In this document: piece by piece, positions 10,100 through 23,330 of the stretch
How the letters are laid out: every line of letters starts with the position of its first letter
How positions within the stretch are numbered: the first letter of the stretch is position 1
Assembly: GCA_036172245.1 (NCBI GenBank)
Contig: JAYWIR010000038.1
Span: forward strand, 1,984,001-2,033,415
DNA length: 49,415 nt
Reading direction: 5' to 3'
Source of the DNA: Raillietiella orientalis
Taxonomy: Eukaryota
Position numbers and translations under genes: made by a program
The notes under the pieces: model-generated
Database searches by the model: none
Seen by the model: the letters and a program-made list of their open reading frames with translations, nothing else
What the model was told of the DNA's origin: nothing

Positions 10100-13000
10100 A
10101 TTTACGGTGAATCCTGAATCAATATTTTGGCAAGCGGAAGTGGTTCTTACATTTTCTTGACATCAAAAACTCGACCTTCGAAGGCAGTAGCCAAATAACT
10201 TGTTCTTCATGATAAAGTTCAATATAAGCCCCATTCCTTGCATTAAAAAGCATCCACTGAACGAGATACATGCTAACTGTGTATTCTAGGAACGGAAATA
10301 TAATCCCAATCAATTATGTGTTCCATTATGCTCAGGTCTTTCCATTAATATGGAAACACTCTGCAGATTAAGAAACCAAAGCTGGGTACGCAATCGAGAT
10401 ATATCTGGAAATCCTTTATTGCAGCCAGTCTTGGCTAAGCCTGGATAGAATTAAGAACTGATCTAGCATGCGTCGCAGACTTACAATCGTTCCTCCACTT
10501 TTAGGTTATGACTTGCAGTCTGTTCAAATATAGCAATAAAAAAAAAAAAACTCGTGGATTTTGAATTTAGTTTGTTCTCTTTTTACAGCAAGCATTGAAT
10601 CATTACCAAAAGCATGGGGAGCAATATCGCTTCTGTAGAGAAACAAAAAAATTGAAAACTTAAGGAACCCGGGTGCCACATTGATAAGTGATCCTATTAA
10701 CATTGCTGCTTCCGTTCTCTTTTTGCTCTCAGACTCCTCGGATTCTGCAGGACTTCATGGAAGCACAGTTCGTTTATGATAAGAACGAACACATTTGAGA
10801 ATGTTTGAGATTGAAATGATAGACCTACTACTTGGTTTGGATGCTAGCAAAAAAAAAAAAAAAACTTTATCCTACTCCAAAGTCATCAACCAATAGTGGT
10901 GCTTAAAAAATAGGGAAGGATTGTTGTTTCCAGCTTATCAATTCACTGTTCAGTTGGTTATTATTTATCAGCTTCCGAAATCATACACTCCTGTGACAAG
11001 CAAATTCATCAGAAGTGGGATATCCAACTGAGAATTTGTGGAATACACAGCCCCTTTCATTCTTTATCTTTTTCTTGAGATGCACAATTTCATCACCTAG
11101 ACTAAACATTCCATCTAGGAGAGTAGAATGCTTCAGCAGCCTCTGGGCAGGATGCTTTAATGTGGTTGATTGTTTTTAAAGAATTACAGCAAACTCAAAT
11201 AGGTGCCCAAAGCTTTCTTTCTTGCATCAAATTTGCTGAATGATGTCAGCCTTTTCCAAACTGCACCAGCAAAGAGGTTTGCAGAGATTATCGAAACCAG
11301 CTTCTTTCAGAAACGAACTGTAATATAATACTCATAATAGACTAACATCCACATTGAGAACTTTTTTTTTTACATTCTATGGATACCAAATTCACATTTC
11401 TTATTAAGATAAGACAAATGGTATATTTATCTCAACAAGTTATCGTTGCTAAATGCGTTGAAGCAATTTTATCATGGTTCACTACTTGAAAAGCTGTTGA
11501 TCACTAAAATTCATAAACCCATCAAGTTTCAGTATAGAAGATATCATATGTTTATCTTGAAATTCGTTGTACAAGAAATCCTATTCCTCCCAAATTTTCA
11601 TCCTAAAGTTCTGTGTAGCACTGCTAGATTTCTTGGTAAGGGGGATTCAGATTGATTGAGGATAATTAAGGGAATCATGTATACCAGCAATCCGTACTTC
11701 AAGAATAAGCTACATCCCCATAATTCCAACATGTGTCCAATATGAGCATTTCAAAATGGGCTCCTTGTTATCCTTACATCATGCAGATGTGCTGTATGGA
11801 CTCTGCTCACATATAATGAAATTCTTGTGACAATTGGAGAAGGAATATCGACAGTAAAGTTAATGAATTTCTCAGGAAAGCATAACAAGAAACACAGCAA
11901 TCTCCACAAATCATGCAACATGGAAATCAATCAGGTGCATATATGCTGCTATTTCTGTTGCATACACAAAAACAGACACTGTTACATTGCAAATTAACAA
12001 AATCCTCAGTTCATCCTCTGATAGGATCACAGAGATGGTTTCAGATACAGGACTTCATATTATTTAGAACAGATCTCTATAAGTTCCATTGCTTACTTTT
12101 CTTTTAAAAAAAACCTAGGCACTGCTAAGGGGAAATGCTAAGCCCCATGAAGATTAGTAATTTAGGCATGCAGAAGCAGAAAGACAATGCATTTGATCCC
12201 ACATCCTCCCAGAACTGGAACCTGAGAAGGAACCAATGAGTTTCACTAAGATGATGTGAATTGTTAACAAATGGGGGATTGAACTATCAGACAATATTCC
12301 TTTCTAATTCTTGCACCTGATAGTAAAATCTTGAGTCCTAAAAGAGGCTCTCAACACCTGAGATTACAAACTAACATTTCAGATGCTATGATACTAAATT
12401 CAGCTATTTCCTCTGAAACTTCAGGTAAAATGTACACTCAATATGGAAATCCATGATGCAATCCTACTTTTAAGGAAAACTGATCGTATCATCCATCTTA
12501 TTTTTTTGCAATCCCATTTCACCGAGAATAATCTGTTCACTGAGACATTCATTCCTCTAAGTACTTTTTCATGAGATTGTAATAACAATCTTCCTATCCC
12601 AATTTCTACAGGAGAAAGGAAAATTACATTCATGAATTCGAAAAACCAAATCCTAATAATTAAAAACTTGCGCACGCTAGTCTGCACTAATCTATCATCC
12701 GCCACGGGTATGCAGTTGTACTGGCATCCACTTGAACTAAGAATCTCTTAGTTTTGATTCATCACTTTAATGCCTCCAATAGCAAATCCATGAGATTATT
12801 GCAAGCACGGTTGCCAAGATGTTGCCTTTAGAAATTTCCTCAAAATAGGAATTTATTGTTTTCTCATCAAGTGGACAATTTTTCATGTTTCACTTACCAT
12901 CATGATGGTTATCGAATGCCTAAAAGATCTCCAACATGCCAAAGATTATTACTGTCCATGTGTTCCGATTCTGCTTGCAATCGGGATGCTGAAAACCACA

Positions 13001-13100
13001 ACGATCTTAAAATGCACACAATAATTATTTTGGATTCATTGTTCACGCAGGATGCTGTGATTTCTTCTGTGCTTCAGAAATTCATCACTGTTCATTTGTT
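10100..13100 (-). mobile_element. Degenerate AT-rich L1/Tx1-like LINE ORF2
   Basis: Minus strand in order: FQFWEDVG (~12210), TYRDL (~12075), CFPEKFINF (~11870, GFPEKFI), TNFKINI (~11560), C...SIMEHII (~10320-10360, zf-RVT). Confidence 0.6.
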
Positions 13101-13139
13101 CATGCATGCTTGTGTCTGCAAACATTTGTGACATCACCA

Positions 13140-14570
13140 AATGTTTTCTCTACAATAAAGCCGGATCATCTTAGGAAACATAATAACACCCGAAAAGATG
13201 ATAAAGAATAAGAATGAATAGTGCATGACACCATATCTTTCTAATATCACATTAGGAACATTGAAGAACAGAAAGTGAAATCAAAGAAACTGAATTTATA
13301 CTCCAAGTAAATGTTAATATTTGCATATGTATGAAAATACATTTATATCGACCTTAACAAAGCAGAGAAGCCAATACTTAATTAAAATAGAAAACCTTAA
13401 AAATTTGAAGATATCTTCTCGAATGCACCTTAAAATTAGTTGAGGCAAACATACAAACTTATATGTACAAAATTAATATCTATCAAGAACAATCATCTAA
13501 AAGATCCACACAAGTATCACAATAGTTGTTTCCATAACATTTCACTTCAATATGCAGTTTTACATGAAAATATCAGTGACCTTTGTCCGAAATTGGTAAT
13601 GAATTTACTTTTATGTATGCCCAAAAAAAATTATTATTGTAATCCAAAATTTTGTTTCAAAGTAGTACTTACGAATCTCTATCTTAAACACACGGAAAAT
13701 TTGTGATTTTGGGGATTTTAAGATACCTTTAATTTCCAAACAATATCCAAAGTCAGAATTAAAACTTAAGTTTTTTATTTGCTCTGAGCAAACACGTTTT
13801 CAAGAGCTTCTTACAATGCTCTAATTTAGAACACTTACAAGTTTATAACTGCAAGAAAGGAATGGTTCTTTTTTCCCGATTTGATTTTACTAATGGCCAC
13901 AGTGACACTCAAATGAGTTCTAATTAACAGAAACAATGCTTTGCTATGTTGAGGTTTTTTGATTCTACATCTAAGTTTGCACACCGATTTCTGTTTACAC
14001 GTGTTCGAAAATTCCTGGAATAATACTATATTCATTTTAAAGTAATATTTTAATTATTTTTTTATAGTTTCTTATTTGTAAAACGGACTTAATGTTGATT
14101 ATCATGCGGCAAATTCGAACGATTGATTCTTTGCATACAGCACTCCTTTCAACTAAATTTTGCTGCATCCTTTTTGCATCCTGCAAGTTTTCTTTCCTTC
14201 GAAGCCCTACTATGCAAACTCTTCCCTGAAGCAAAACACTGTTGGTACTTGAAATACGTCATACACAGCCTGTGAATTCTTTTCGGGTGCTTCTGTTTTC
14301 TTAGCACTAAGGTGAACCTTTTTATTTCCTTTTCATACGAGTCCAAACAAGGAGTCTTACGTGCTAAATTATCATTCTATATTATGCTAGAGATCTTTTT
14401 TGCAATCCAGGGAATTTTTGGTACTGCACCCACAGTTTGCTCCATTTAGCAACGCAATGCTTTGAGCTCCTTTGACCGTGATCTCAATGATTCATGCGAC
14501 GTTGTAGGAGCAACATACAACCAGGAGGAGCAAAAATGAAGTTTCTTTTAAAATGCAAAATAGAATTAGT
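13140..14570 (-). mobile_element. Probable decayed P-element/THAP9-like DNA transposase
   Basis: Colinear minus-strand relics: LHF (~14550), GAVPKI (~14425, THAP AVPTIF box), YEKEIKRFTLVL..HPK (~14330), SKALFLLIR (~13935), SDKG (~13585), PQLILRCIRE (~13430, PH.LK.IRN), FPKM (~13170). Very AT-rich, unlike the LINE fragments. Confidence 0.45.
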
Positions 14571-14599
14571 ATTCTTTATTTGTAAATCCGACTTTTGTA

Positions 14600-15200
14600 C
14601 TTCTGCAATGCCTTCCTTCCTTTCTTCCACCCGACTGATTCAAATGTCTTTCATCAACTACAGGAACTTCAACTCGAGGATCATCCATTCCAAATTACTC
14701 GAAAAACGCTCTGCAAGACTTCTGAAGAAATGTTTCGAGCTCCAGTTCCAACTGGCCAAAGCGGCAGGCATGCTACGAAGAGCAGTGAATTGAGAGCAAA
14801 CCTTTTTTCAGTCGCTTTCCCTTTGCAAGAGTGGAATCGAAGCCAGGGATGCTGAATTTTTGAAAGGATGCATGCAGTCAAGCAGTTCCACGAAAACTGC
14901 ATTCTCACAGAAGTTAAGTGGGGACGACAGACGCTATCTTGAAACTGGTAATCGTAATGAGACGAAATGAGACGACCAGATGCACATGCTCCACATCAAC
15001 GCACAGCTGTCCCCACGGCTGCGGGACATGGGTGGGGGGCTATGAGGTTGCCTTTGTACAAGGAAGCAAGGCACTTCTAGCAGGCTTCGGAGGAGCAGAT
15101 TGTGGTACAGATGACTATTTCTCTTGGAATCTTTGGTCGTCTGTCATAACCCAACATCCTCAAGTGGTTTTCAATTGTATCTTTCAAAAACCTACATTGA
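14600..15200 (+). mobile_element. LINE ORF2 3' fragment (post-RT and zf-RVT relic)
   Basis: LPFFH..TRKTLC (ORF 14595) followed by SCPHGCG..EVAF (ORF 14918). Confidence 0.45.
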
Positions 15201-15419
15201 GGAAACTAATTTTCTCGAATAAATGTAAAAAATAAGCAAACGTTTGTGCTATTTAATTCTTAGAACTGTAAACTTGAGTGCATATTTAAATTTTGAGAAC
15301 TAAATACCTAATTTGCGTATCCCTTATAAATCCTCTCCAAGGTATGCATTTTATCCTTTATCTATTAGTTAGTTATGTGCACTTGACTTCATCAGTTAAT
15401 GAGTACTCCGCTTGAAAAC

Positions 15420-17250
15420 AGGGATTGGTTTCAGAGGTAAAATCAAAGATTCGCTGGAGCACGACGGTAATGCAAACGCATCTGTACAGTTTTTTAAACT
15501 GAGGTGAAAAATTCATGCCAGCTGATGCTCTCTCCCTTAGATCGAGATCAGTATATGCCTTATCAGCTGACCATGCTCAAAGGTCCACCACAGTGTTCCG
15601 CTAGAAAATGAAGCATTCTCATTGTGCCTGTGGTTCATCGCGGTCTTTCCTGAAATGCTTATTCCAGAATCCTACAAAAAAACCCTTATAAACTTGTTTT
15701 TTCTTTCTTGTGTTCCTGCTACAGAAAAAAAATATGAAGACTCAGCCTTTATGCACAAGGAAAGAATATTTATATGTGAGTGGTCGACCGGCCATCTCAC
15801 TAAGATGGTAGTTGATTTAAAATTTGCTCTCTCAGAGGAAATTAAATACAGACACACTTGTTAAGAAATTTGTTTAAAAGAAGTGCTCCCAATGAAAGTA
15901 AAAGAGCTTTGGTGTACGTAAACACTACCAAGATTAAAATTCACCAGGATTCCGATGGTTGCGGGTTAGTGTTTCCATTACCTTTAGACAGCAGTAATTT
16001 GGAAATAGGGGGAATAATAAATGACACTGAACTGCATATTTGATAGTGATTTTGAATTAGAATTATTGCTCCTTTCAAAGCAGCAGTCATGAAGATTGAT
16101 CACTGAAATGTGATTCAGCTCTTTTATGGATATGAATTTCTTTTTAGAGGTGTAAGAAATATTGAGCAGACTGCTTTGTTTGAATGGACCCTACACCTAT
16201 TGCACCTATCATTCCTAAAAAAAATGTAGTTTCGTACTCCACTGCTCGTGTATAAAGTGGATTCAAGAAAACTTCTCAAACTCAAGGACTGAACTTTAAG
16301 ACACACACTTTAATTAAAAATGGTAATTACAGAATTAGAAGAATCCGCCAACTTGTTGGCTGTTCTTTTATTACGAGATCACCCTAGACGTGTGAGCAAA
16401 TTTTTTTTTGCGTTTTGCCACAATCAATAGGGGCTGTAATTTATGCTGTGGGTTTTGGCTTAAGCTTCCGAACTTGAAAGGACAAAAGAATTCCTATGTA
16501 GGTACGCACCTGAAATAAATGGATGTTCGTTTGCTTGAAAGAAAAGATGCTGGAAGAAACTTTATGGATTCTTCAGAGCACTCAGATGATGACAGCAAAA
16601 CTAAAGCATCCGAAGAATTCCTAAACTTCAGCTGCCTGAATGAAGAAAGCCATCAAAGAAGTCATCTACTTTAACCTATTTGAGAGAGGGGGAGAGAAAA
16701 ACGTCTTTCTCAAAGAAGTCCAAATTCTGGAAACTCATTTGAAAAAAAAAAAGGAAAAATTAGGGAAAAGAAAAAGAACAGTCACTTATGTTTTGGGCAT
16801 TATTTTCTCTGCAGGTACTCCTCTAAATTTCTAAATTGGAATTTATGGGCAGCAAGAGCTGGTCCTTTAGATTGAAGATATAGACAGGCAGCACAGAAAC
16901 ACATTTATCAGTTCCTTGTCAAAGTTTTTCTCCTAATGGGCATCGGATAAATGCTCTCCCGTAAACTGATCTTTCCGAAATGCTTGTACTCTCATTTGCT
17001 ACGATGAGGAAGTTTTCATTTTCTTCAACTCAGAGTTCCTTCGGTGGAAGTATCTGGAACATTCCCTCTAATGATTGCGTGATTCATTGCTATTTCACAA
17101 AACTCAACGTTCATAATAAGTTCTAGGAACACATTCGTCTTGAAATCAGTAATCCGATTCAGGACCACCGTTTGTGGAGCGCTTGCGGTCTCGGTGAAAC
17201 GAAAAGGAAAGTTCCAAAAGAATGCGAGTTTTTAGCATCATCAATAGCAC
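15420..17250 (+). mobile_element. Degenerate LINE ORF2 linker and RT
   Basis: KSKIRW..QFFK (~15445-15500), RALVYVNTTK (~15910), IKWIQENF (~16255), LFERGGEKN..KS (~16680-16720), YVLGIIF (~16790), LIFPKCLY (~16970). Confidence 0.6.
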
Positions 17251-17399
17251 AACTTTAGTTGGTTCAGGGATGCTAAAGGAACCAAACTAGTGAACAAAAA
17301 AAACCTTATTATGAATTGCTTATTAGATATGACCAATAAAACACTGATCTTCGTTGCCAGTGCTAAACGATTTTGAAAAACCAGATGGGATCATCTTGA

Positions 17400-18400
17400 C
17401 GCTGCCAACTCCTTAGCTTGACGCTAAGGAGTTGACAGGGAGGCAGGGGAGGACCACTGAGTAAACAGGCTACGCTCACGGTGAGACAGGTGACTCCCAT
17501 GAGCCTACGTAGGACTATGGAGGGACGGAAAGGGGACAGGTGGGAGGACCGACGTGGGGTCAGCCAGCCCACAACTGTCCGAAGGTTGATTCCCTTGTAC
17601 TTCACGTCCCAGGCTGGGCCGTTTTCGCTGTCCTTCCCACGTTGGTGACGGCAGCAGCGAGTGCCTTCTCGGGTTGACGGCGAGTCCCTTCCTCCTTTTC
17701 GGAGGTCACGGTCGCTCAGCTGGTAACCTCGGGGAAGTCATCAAAAAATGTTGATGTGACCAGGGTGAAGACCACAACGAAGAGGTGCAAGTCGAGGAAG
17801 CATCCTGTAAAAAATACCAAAATTTTTTGAATCACTTGTCGACTTATCAATAGAGCTAAGACAATATTGGTCAGGTGGCAGATTTAGTGGTTGAGGAAAA
17901 CTCCAATGGTAATGATATGATGGCAGCTGTGCTTTCCTTTCCAATGTGACACAAGTTTTGCACCCAGGAGTCAGTGTAACATACTCGGGGCACCGTGAGA
18001 CTTAGGATTGATGGTTCTCTGTAATTGGGGTCGCTTCGACTCGCTCACGATCTCGCCTTTCGGTCATTCTTGCATTCGAGAGAAGCACATCCCATCCGTT
18101 CTTATTAGAAGGCAGCAGTAGATGATCGCTGCCTTCCGAGTGACTGCAAAGCGATCATCCTCCCTCGGACTTTAGCTCAGGATGCTGTTCCCAGAGCTCT
18201 CTGGAAATCCAAGCTGACTGCTCCGTGTAGTGCTCCGTGTTTACCTTCCTTCGCATGAGCCAATATCTTCTCCCCTATGTGAGCACAGTGTGAGGATCGT
18301 CGCTGGATAGCGAGCTGAGGACCTCACCAGAGAAGCTCGCTTCGAGAGTCGCCACTCGGATACTCCCATGCGTTCATTAAAATAGACAATAAACTCGCAA
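17400..18400 (-). mobile_element. Degenerate LINE RT fragment
   Basis: Minus: GCFLDLHLFVV (QGCPLSP.LF, ~17790), FFDDF (YADD, ~17740), GLAVNPRR (~17680), VKYKGINL (~17600). Confidence 0.65.
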
Positions 18401-18539
18401 TTTGTGGTAGGACGCAAACGTGGTCCTACCACGCTGAAATTGGCAATGGACCTGCCGGGTTGTCGGTTAGCAGACCACCTCGGTAACGTAGGGGAAGGGG
18501 AAAACAACATAAATAAATAAACTTGATGAAATAAAAAAA

Positions 18540-20950
18540 CACAAAAAACTGGAGGGACTCCTCTGAATCCTTTCCAGGGTTATCGGCTAGGTCCCTCTGG
18601 GTAGTATTCAGGTGGGGCCATCTTGTTGATATCTGCAGAAAGCGTGCATACTCGGTGGCGTCCCTATCGTATGGCCCTCCTTTAGCATCGCTCCAGGCCT
18701 CCACAATCCCGCGGATGCAGCAAAGAGCTGCTAAGGTCGCGGCTGGCGGTAGGGATCCCACGTGAATCTTTCTCACTTCGTTAGAAGGGTTCTGATACTT
18801 GGCAGGCGAGGCACCTGGTGCACAAAGAAGGCTACTGCAAATAGATAAGCATGCAGGAGGCATGGTAAGAAGACCAACTACGGGATGATGCCCTTCAGAG
18901 GAAGATGACTCAATTCTGCAACGGAAAAGCCGCGAAGAGAGAGGAAAGGAAAAAGCTATGATACAACAACCGGGAATTCCGAGATCCGTTTCCTGGTTTC
19001 TCACAGCGGGGATGAAGTGGTGTGTAAGTGCGCAGGAAGACAAAATTTCCGAGATCTTTGCCTAGGCAGTTTGGCTCGAAAACTCGGAGAATGTGGTGAA
19101 AGAACTTTCAGCAGGCTGACGTCTTGCTAAATGAAGAAAATTATGTCCTCCTTTTCCTGGAGTGCGTCCCTTTGAGAGAATTCCTCGTTTTCTGGTGAGG
19201 AAAAAAAATGCATAGCAGCTAATCTTGCTGACTAGCTTGAATTCAGCCAAGACGGGAAGGGTCTCGTAAAGAGGCTCACGCCAGCAAAAGGGGTGATCGT
19301 GAGTGAGTAAGAAGAGGGGATGTGATTCTGGAGATCCTGTGAAAGAAATGGGTGCCGACCGAGTATTTTGGGGGGAGAGTACTGGTCAGGTAAAGGCATT
19401 TGTTTATCCTGGGGCCGGAACTAAAGATCCATCTTAGAAATCCAACCAACAGCATGCTTCTTAGAAGCCCCATTCTTCCGGGACGAGATGCAACAGCATG
19501 CGGAAGTATTTGACCACCGGTTTGGTCCTAATCTTCTGTGTGGCGACGCTGTTTTCCATTCCTCAGCCTCGAGGATCACCGCTCTGACTGACCTTGCTAC
19601 AAGATACAGTCGTTTCCGGGGAGGCTCGCTCCCCATTTCATTTGAATCGGTTTCTGACCAGAAGACGAGCAGAAGACCGCCTGAACAGAAGGCATACTCG
19701 ATCTTCTGATGTCGTCTGGGAAACACGATCTCCAAACGAGGATGAGTAACTGATGTACACAAATCCTCCAGGATCCGTCTCTTCTTCAGCAAGCCTTTTC
19801 AGTTGGGACGATTCTCTCGTGTTCCATGCATCTTTGGGCTCTGCCTGTGTAATCTCGAGAGAGGAATCGAGATCAAAGCTACTCGTTCACCTTTCTTTCT
19901 GGAAGAGAATGGAATGAGTTTAGGTTTCTTTGTTGACTTGCCTTCGCTGCTGTTCCCTCAAAACATTCGGTTGAAGAGCGGATGGAAGATTCTCGACTGT
20001 TCTGTAACCTGCTCTTTACAGACAAAAAACTGGCTTCATTGCTCCCGTCTGGAAACTCTTGCGAGAGTCTGGCTCCCCAATCCGCATGCATGACGGAAGC
20101 CACATCTCCCACATCACACAGGTAATGCTCTTTTCCTCTGGAGAGTGATGCACGCAGACGTTCACTGAGGGCCCCGCTGCATTCGCTCGTGCCTGAAGAC
20201 AGTGGGAAGATGCAGCGGATTCAGAATGCATCTTGGTACAGGGTGCCAAATGCCTCCCGGAAGGGCGGCGAGTTCATCATTCTTTTCACTGGCACATTTT
20301 GCACCATTCGGTGGCGGCAGCGTGCCATGTGAACGGAGATTTCCCAGGAGGTTTCGAGCGGTTACTGGGTGCTTCTTGAACGTGATGGAAGTTCCTCTTA
20401 TGCTGCCTCCGCAGATGCCTCATTTTCACAATACCACGGCTGCTCCTGGAGAACTATGCTGCATTCCTGAATACAAAGAACATTTTTTTCATCTCTTTCA
20501 TTTGGTTCCCTTTTCCTCCTCGCCTGAGGTGGATCTCGCTAGCAAATCAGCTGGCTTCCCGCCAGAATCATCCACAATGGTTCGGAATCTGGCAGAATGC
20601 AGTGCCCCGAAGGTAATCCTTTTATCATTTTTTTTTTGCATGTGCTCATCCATTAAAGTTACAACAAGGGAAACTTCTTGTGGTGGTGCCTCCTGCATCG
20701 TGGCTGCAGGTTCCGCCCAACTGCCTCATCAGGCTGATGATGTGGACGTGCCACTGTGAGTCTCATGAGGTCTGTGTGTATGCGAGGAAGTGCTGAGTCC
20801 TCGAAGAACTCCTTGGCGTCTTTCCCGGAAAACCAATCACCGGCGCTCGCACCGTGCTTTCGTGAGATGCAAAGGGATGAAGAGAGGACCACTTCGCGGT
20901 TTCTTTGATGCTCCTCCTCGCCGGTTCTTCGAAGGACATCGAAAATGGCA
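18540..20950 (-). mobile_element. Degenerate LINE ORF2, EN to C-terminus, with T-rich 3' flank
   Basis: EN relic ITFGALHSARFRT (~20600), RT region ~19800-20100, FLRWIF..LPPKYSVG (~19400). C-terminus EAWSDAKGGPYDRDATEYARF..WPHL resembles the 44001-44294 peptide. Confidence 0.65.
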
Positions 20951-21429
20951 ATCGGGTTCTTATTCCAGAGGTCCAGATCCAGTCGAACCTTTCAGCTGAC
21001 CTCCAAAATTGGGTAGTAGGCAGACCGCAGTCCTCACAGTTTCTACTCCGCCTCCTCGACTTGGTTCACCAGAACGTCGTGTCCTCCTGACAACCAATGA
21101 TGCACTACGTGGTGAAGCGTCTCCTCCCTCACCACAATACATTTCCTGCATGCACGACCTCCTCCTTCCTTTGCTGTGGATGCCGCTCTTTCGGGAGGCA
21201 GTTAGGTTGAGACAAGCCGCGTGTAGGAAGCAGTGGTCCTAGAATCGCGCATGTTTCCCGGTAATCTGGTTCTCCTAGAGGATACCGTGCTCATGCCTGT
21301 GTGGACGTAAGGCCATCTTACGGTACGTCGTGCAATCAAGATCTTCTTGGTTCCCTCGAGCCCCATTTCCTCAGAACCATTTACCTGCACTCATCTTGTA
21401 TTTGAGAGGGTTCAGGAAAAAATAGTGGT

Positions 21430-23330
21430 CCGATATGCGTGGAAGTGCGGAGGATGCTTCCATAGAGGCCCATGAACTCTTCTACCAGTCCTTATTTCCA
21501 ATCCGGCAATCGCTTTTCCGGAATCCGTTTGGCCCTGGTGACGTGACAGCCCAAACGTCCTCGGCTTTGCTCGTCTCCATTCTCTCGGAGCTAGCTCAAC
21601 TCGGTACGCTGCATTTCGTTTGGATTTGGTACGCATAGCATCTGCTCAGGAGTATCTTTCACAGTTTTCTCCTAGCTCACAATCAATTGCTCACCCTGAC
21701 CGGTCACTCATATCGCGTCCTAACACTTGCCTCTAGGCTGTTCGGAATGTCGGCTTAACCGTGATCCTCTTTCCGTGCTTTCTGCCTTGAATTCGGCGAG
21801 TACTCGCCGTTCTCAGGTTCCAGGCTGCCAGGGATGCTGGCTGACTGTCAGTCTTCTCGGTAAAGCCCGTGCTCCCCTGCCGGAAGACAAGGAACAGTTT
21901 TCTGTTTTCCTCGTTTCTTTCTCGCTCTCATTGCAACGCTGTTGTTAGGGTTCCCTCGCTGGCAGAGAAATGCGATGACTGGACTTTCTGTTCGGAAGTC
22001 CTGGCGAGGCTCTGTCCGTCTCCTGAGACCGACTGGTTTTGAGACCACTATCAGACCCTGTTCCTGTTCTAATCCTGCACTTGACTCAGTTTCCTTTCAC
22101 ATCAATGCAACCGCTAAAATTACCTCAGCTTGCTCCTAAAGGTTCGTGGACCGAGTAGCTGTGGAATCCCTTTTTCTGGATCCCTGGATCTTGACTTGCA
22201 GAGACGCAGTACATCTTGCCAAGGAGATTTCGTGGCAACTGCAGTATAGTTGCATCTCATTTCACTCGGCAGTCACGAATTTCAGCGATCGAGAAGGGTT
22301 GTTTTCTACAGGATTCCAGAAAACTCTTCCTCTCCTGATTCCCGAGGATTTCAGAGTATCAACAGCTCACGATTCTTCCGGTTGCGCAGTGTGCCTGAGA
22401 GACAGGTCTTTGAGAGGTTGTCTTCCTGCATGCCGAATGTGACCTTTACTTTTGATGAGCTCCAGTTTCTGCTCTCCTCTCCTGGAGATCGCTTGTTGCT
22501 ATCGGCAGAAGTTTCTTCGCCGATCCTCACTGCTCCAATGTTTGATGAATTGGCTCACCATTGTTTCCTTTGTTCAGGTCCCGCCCGGAAGTTCTGTGAC
22601 CCACGGTTCCCATGATCGGTTTGTGTTTTGTGTGTACTCACGAGATTCAAAGCAGAGGTCCCCTTTCTCCATGTAGAAACGTTATCTACTCTAGGGATGA
22701 AGAGCAGCCAGAGGGTATCGTCGCTTCCACTGCCTACCTTTACCACTTTTTAGCCGATCCTGCTCTCCCCTCCTGCACCGGGATTCCTCAGCACTAGAGC
22801 TCTTCCTACAGTCCTGCTGGAACTGAGAACTTGATCCTTGCCATTTCCCAAGATCTGTCGACTGGTCCGATGTCTTAGGAGAGAGTCTGTGAGTTTCGCA
22901 TCCACGACAGTTCTTCTCGTGCATGCAGAAGAGACAAGACGGGGAAACTAAGCGTGTAGACACCTGGTGTTTCCCGAGAACGCATTTCCTCCCCCCCCTT
23001 CTCTTCTTGATTGCCGCTGCGGGTTCTCATAGAGATATCATCTCCGGGAAAAGTGACTAGCTTCCGCATGACCGAGCTGCAGTGTGTCGAGAGGCGTCGA
23101 GGGAAAGGGATTTCTTCGTTTTCCCTGATTGCGTCCCACCAGTCGGCTTAGGCCGAGACTGCGTGCCAGCATCTGGCATCCGGAACGCGCGTTCCGCAGC
23201 TCCAGTCGCTACCGCTCCTCATTACAATGCCATCTTGAGGCATCAATGGACAGGAGGTCTTTCATTTCTGTTTTCGATGTTTTGCTCACCTGACAATCGC
23301 CCTTTTAGCCGTCTCTGCAACACAAAAGCA
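21430..23330 (+). mobile_element. Degenerate LINE ORF2 (linker-RT-zf-RVT)
   Basis: FYQSLF (~21485), RDPLSVL (~21765), MTGLSVRKS (~21980), CREASRERDFFVFPDC (~23085-23130). Confidence 0.6.

Noticed and set aside
16508..16675. Open frames on both strands with plausible splice sites
   Set aside because: Falls within a plus-strand RT relic leading to LFE..G..N and YVLGI.
18108..18170. HDV-like self-cleaving ribozyme
   Set aside because: No P3/L3 hairpin between the P2 and P1 strands, and it is not at an element 5' end.
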